In this document: positions 51,005 through 51,914 of the stretch, piece by piece | Position numbering within the stretch: the stretch's first letter is position 1 | Layout: each line of letters starts with the position of its first letter | The notes under the pieces: model-generated | Database searches by the model: none | What the model saw: the letters and a program-made list of their open reading frames with translations, nothing else | What the model was told of the DNA's origin: nothing | Translations under genes and position numbers: made by a program | Origin: an uncultured Bacteriovoracaceae bacterium | GTDB lineage: Bacteria > Bdellovibrionota > Bacteriovoracia > Bacteriovoracales > Bacteriovoracaceae | Length of the DNA stretch: 51,914 bases | Direction of reading: 5' to 3' | Assembly (NCBI GenBank): GCA_964352945.1 | Contig: CAYGTU010000002.1 | Coordinates: forward strand, 1 to 51,914

Positions 51005-51913
51005 TTATTTTCTTAAGAAGGCTAATGTCGCTTCTTGGTAGTCAGCATTAGCTTTTTGATATTCTAGATGAGCTTTAATATTTTTAACTTTGGCATCGGC
51101 CATATTTTGTTCTCTTAAATTAACAACAAAAAAATCACTGGCACCACTATCAAACTTTTTTAGTTCTGCTTGGCGAAGAAGAATGGAGTATTCAACTTCT
51201 TTAGTACTATTATTTATAATATCAATGGCCGTATTAAGTCGATAGAAGAGACTTTTTATTTTTATATTTAGTTTTTCAGTAAAGAGTTGTTTTTTGTAAC
51301 CTATCATCTTCTTTTGAGCTCTAGCCTTATTTACTTTTCCTTCACCAAGTCTTCTTTCAATAGGAATTTCAATTTTAAGCATCGCCCTGTTTTCAGTTTG
51401 CTCAAGAGTATCACTTCCTAAACCATTATCCTTTGATACTTCAAAACTTAAATCAATCTTAGGCTTTAGTTTATTTAATCCATATTCTTCAAAATTTGAA
51501 TATTGATCAAATTCTAAACTCAATTTTAATAATTCGGGGCTCAATTCATTGGCAATTTTAATATCTTCATTTAGTTTTTCGGTTGGAACTCTTTTCTCAC
51601 CCTGAATTTTTTTAGGTAGGTTAATTTCCTCAGGGATTAAAGGAATTCCATCTTTATCCCGCAAGAAGAGTGAAAGGAGTAGGGAAGCCTCTTGGAATTG
51701 ACGTTTTGAATTGGCAACCTGACTTTTCCTTTTTACAATGTATTGATTGTTTTCAGTTTTATAGATTCGAGCAAGATCGCCTTTTTTAATTCTTATATCG
51801 AGTCCTTTTTCTCTTTCAAGGGCGATATCAAGAAGTTCTTGGTAAACAAAGAATATATTACCTTTAGCTACCCATCCCCAATATGCTTTAGGCGATTTCT
51901 TTCTAACTATCAA
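51005..51913 (-). CDS. TolC-like outer membrane efflux protein (C-terminal part; N-terminus beyond window end)
   Basis: Open to the window edge. Coiled-coil-rich repeats and the C-terminal pattern LEYQKANADYQEATLAFL typical of OMF proteins. Confidence 0.55.
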   Translation of the reverse strand: MIVRKKSPKAYWGWVAKGNIFFVYQELLDIALEREKGLDIRIKKGDLARIYKTENNQYIVKRKSQVANSKRQFQEASLLLSLFLRDKDGIPLIPEEINLPKKIQGEKRVPTEKLNEDIKIANELSPELLKLSLEFDQYSNFEEYGLNKLKPKIDLSFEVSKDNGLGSDTLEQTENRAMLKIEIPIERRLGEGKVNKARAQKKMIGYKKQLFTEKLNIKIKSLFYRLNTAIDIINNSTKEVEYSILLRQAELKKFDSGASDFFVVNLREQNMADAKVKNIKAHLEYQKANADYQEATLAFLRK

Positions 51914-51914
51914 T

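Overview
AT-rich bacterial chromosomal window. The gene content gives an impression of a marine predatory Bdellovibrio-like or Bacteriovoracales genome, but this is unverified. It falls into three parts.

(1) 1-7.7 kb: an ECF sigma / putative anti-sigma pair lies divergent from a CusCBA-type Cu/Ag RND efflux operon. That operon also carries a CxxCH haem-binding-domain gene and a DUF3347-like gene. The two divergent promoter regions share an identical TTGTCACAA-N15-CGTAAT motif.

(2) 7.7-30.1 kb: a mosaic accessory region.
- A duplicated module of a catalytic-domain-less recombinase-domain HTH protein plus a 53-aa membrane peptide.
- 69-bp and 112-bp direct repeats that each bracket a single gene.
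- An ISL3 transposase remnant and two decayed gene copies.
- An HU-like protein interrupted by a DUF4157-like HExxH segment and a 12-aa tandem repeat.
- The most striking feature: 11 full-length and 4 partial copies of a 51-52 bp GC-rich imperfect palindrome (GGTGCCAGCAGACT...AGTCTNNTGGCAC). All copies are co-oriented and sit at almost every gene junction between 13.8 and 30.1 kb, often touching the stop codon. A RAYT-like (IS200/IS605 Y1 HUH) transposase gene is embedded among them. I read this as a REP/RAYT system laid out in an unusual local, unidirectional, cassette-array-like way.

(3) 30.1-51.9 kb: ordinary-looking genes, including rlmN, sulfide:quinone oxidoreductase, an RCK K+ channel, SelO, a FabZ-like gene, a lipocalin, a UbiB-like kinase, a SOUL protein, PhnA and a TolC-like gene.

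No rRNA, tRNA or CRISPR array was recognised. All domain calls come from motif recognition by eye, not from searches.
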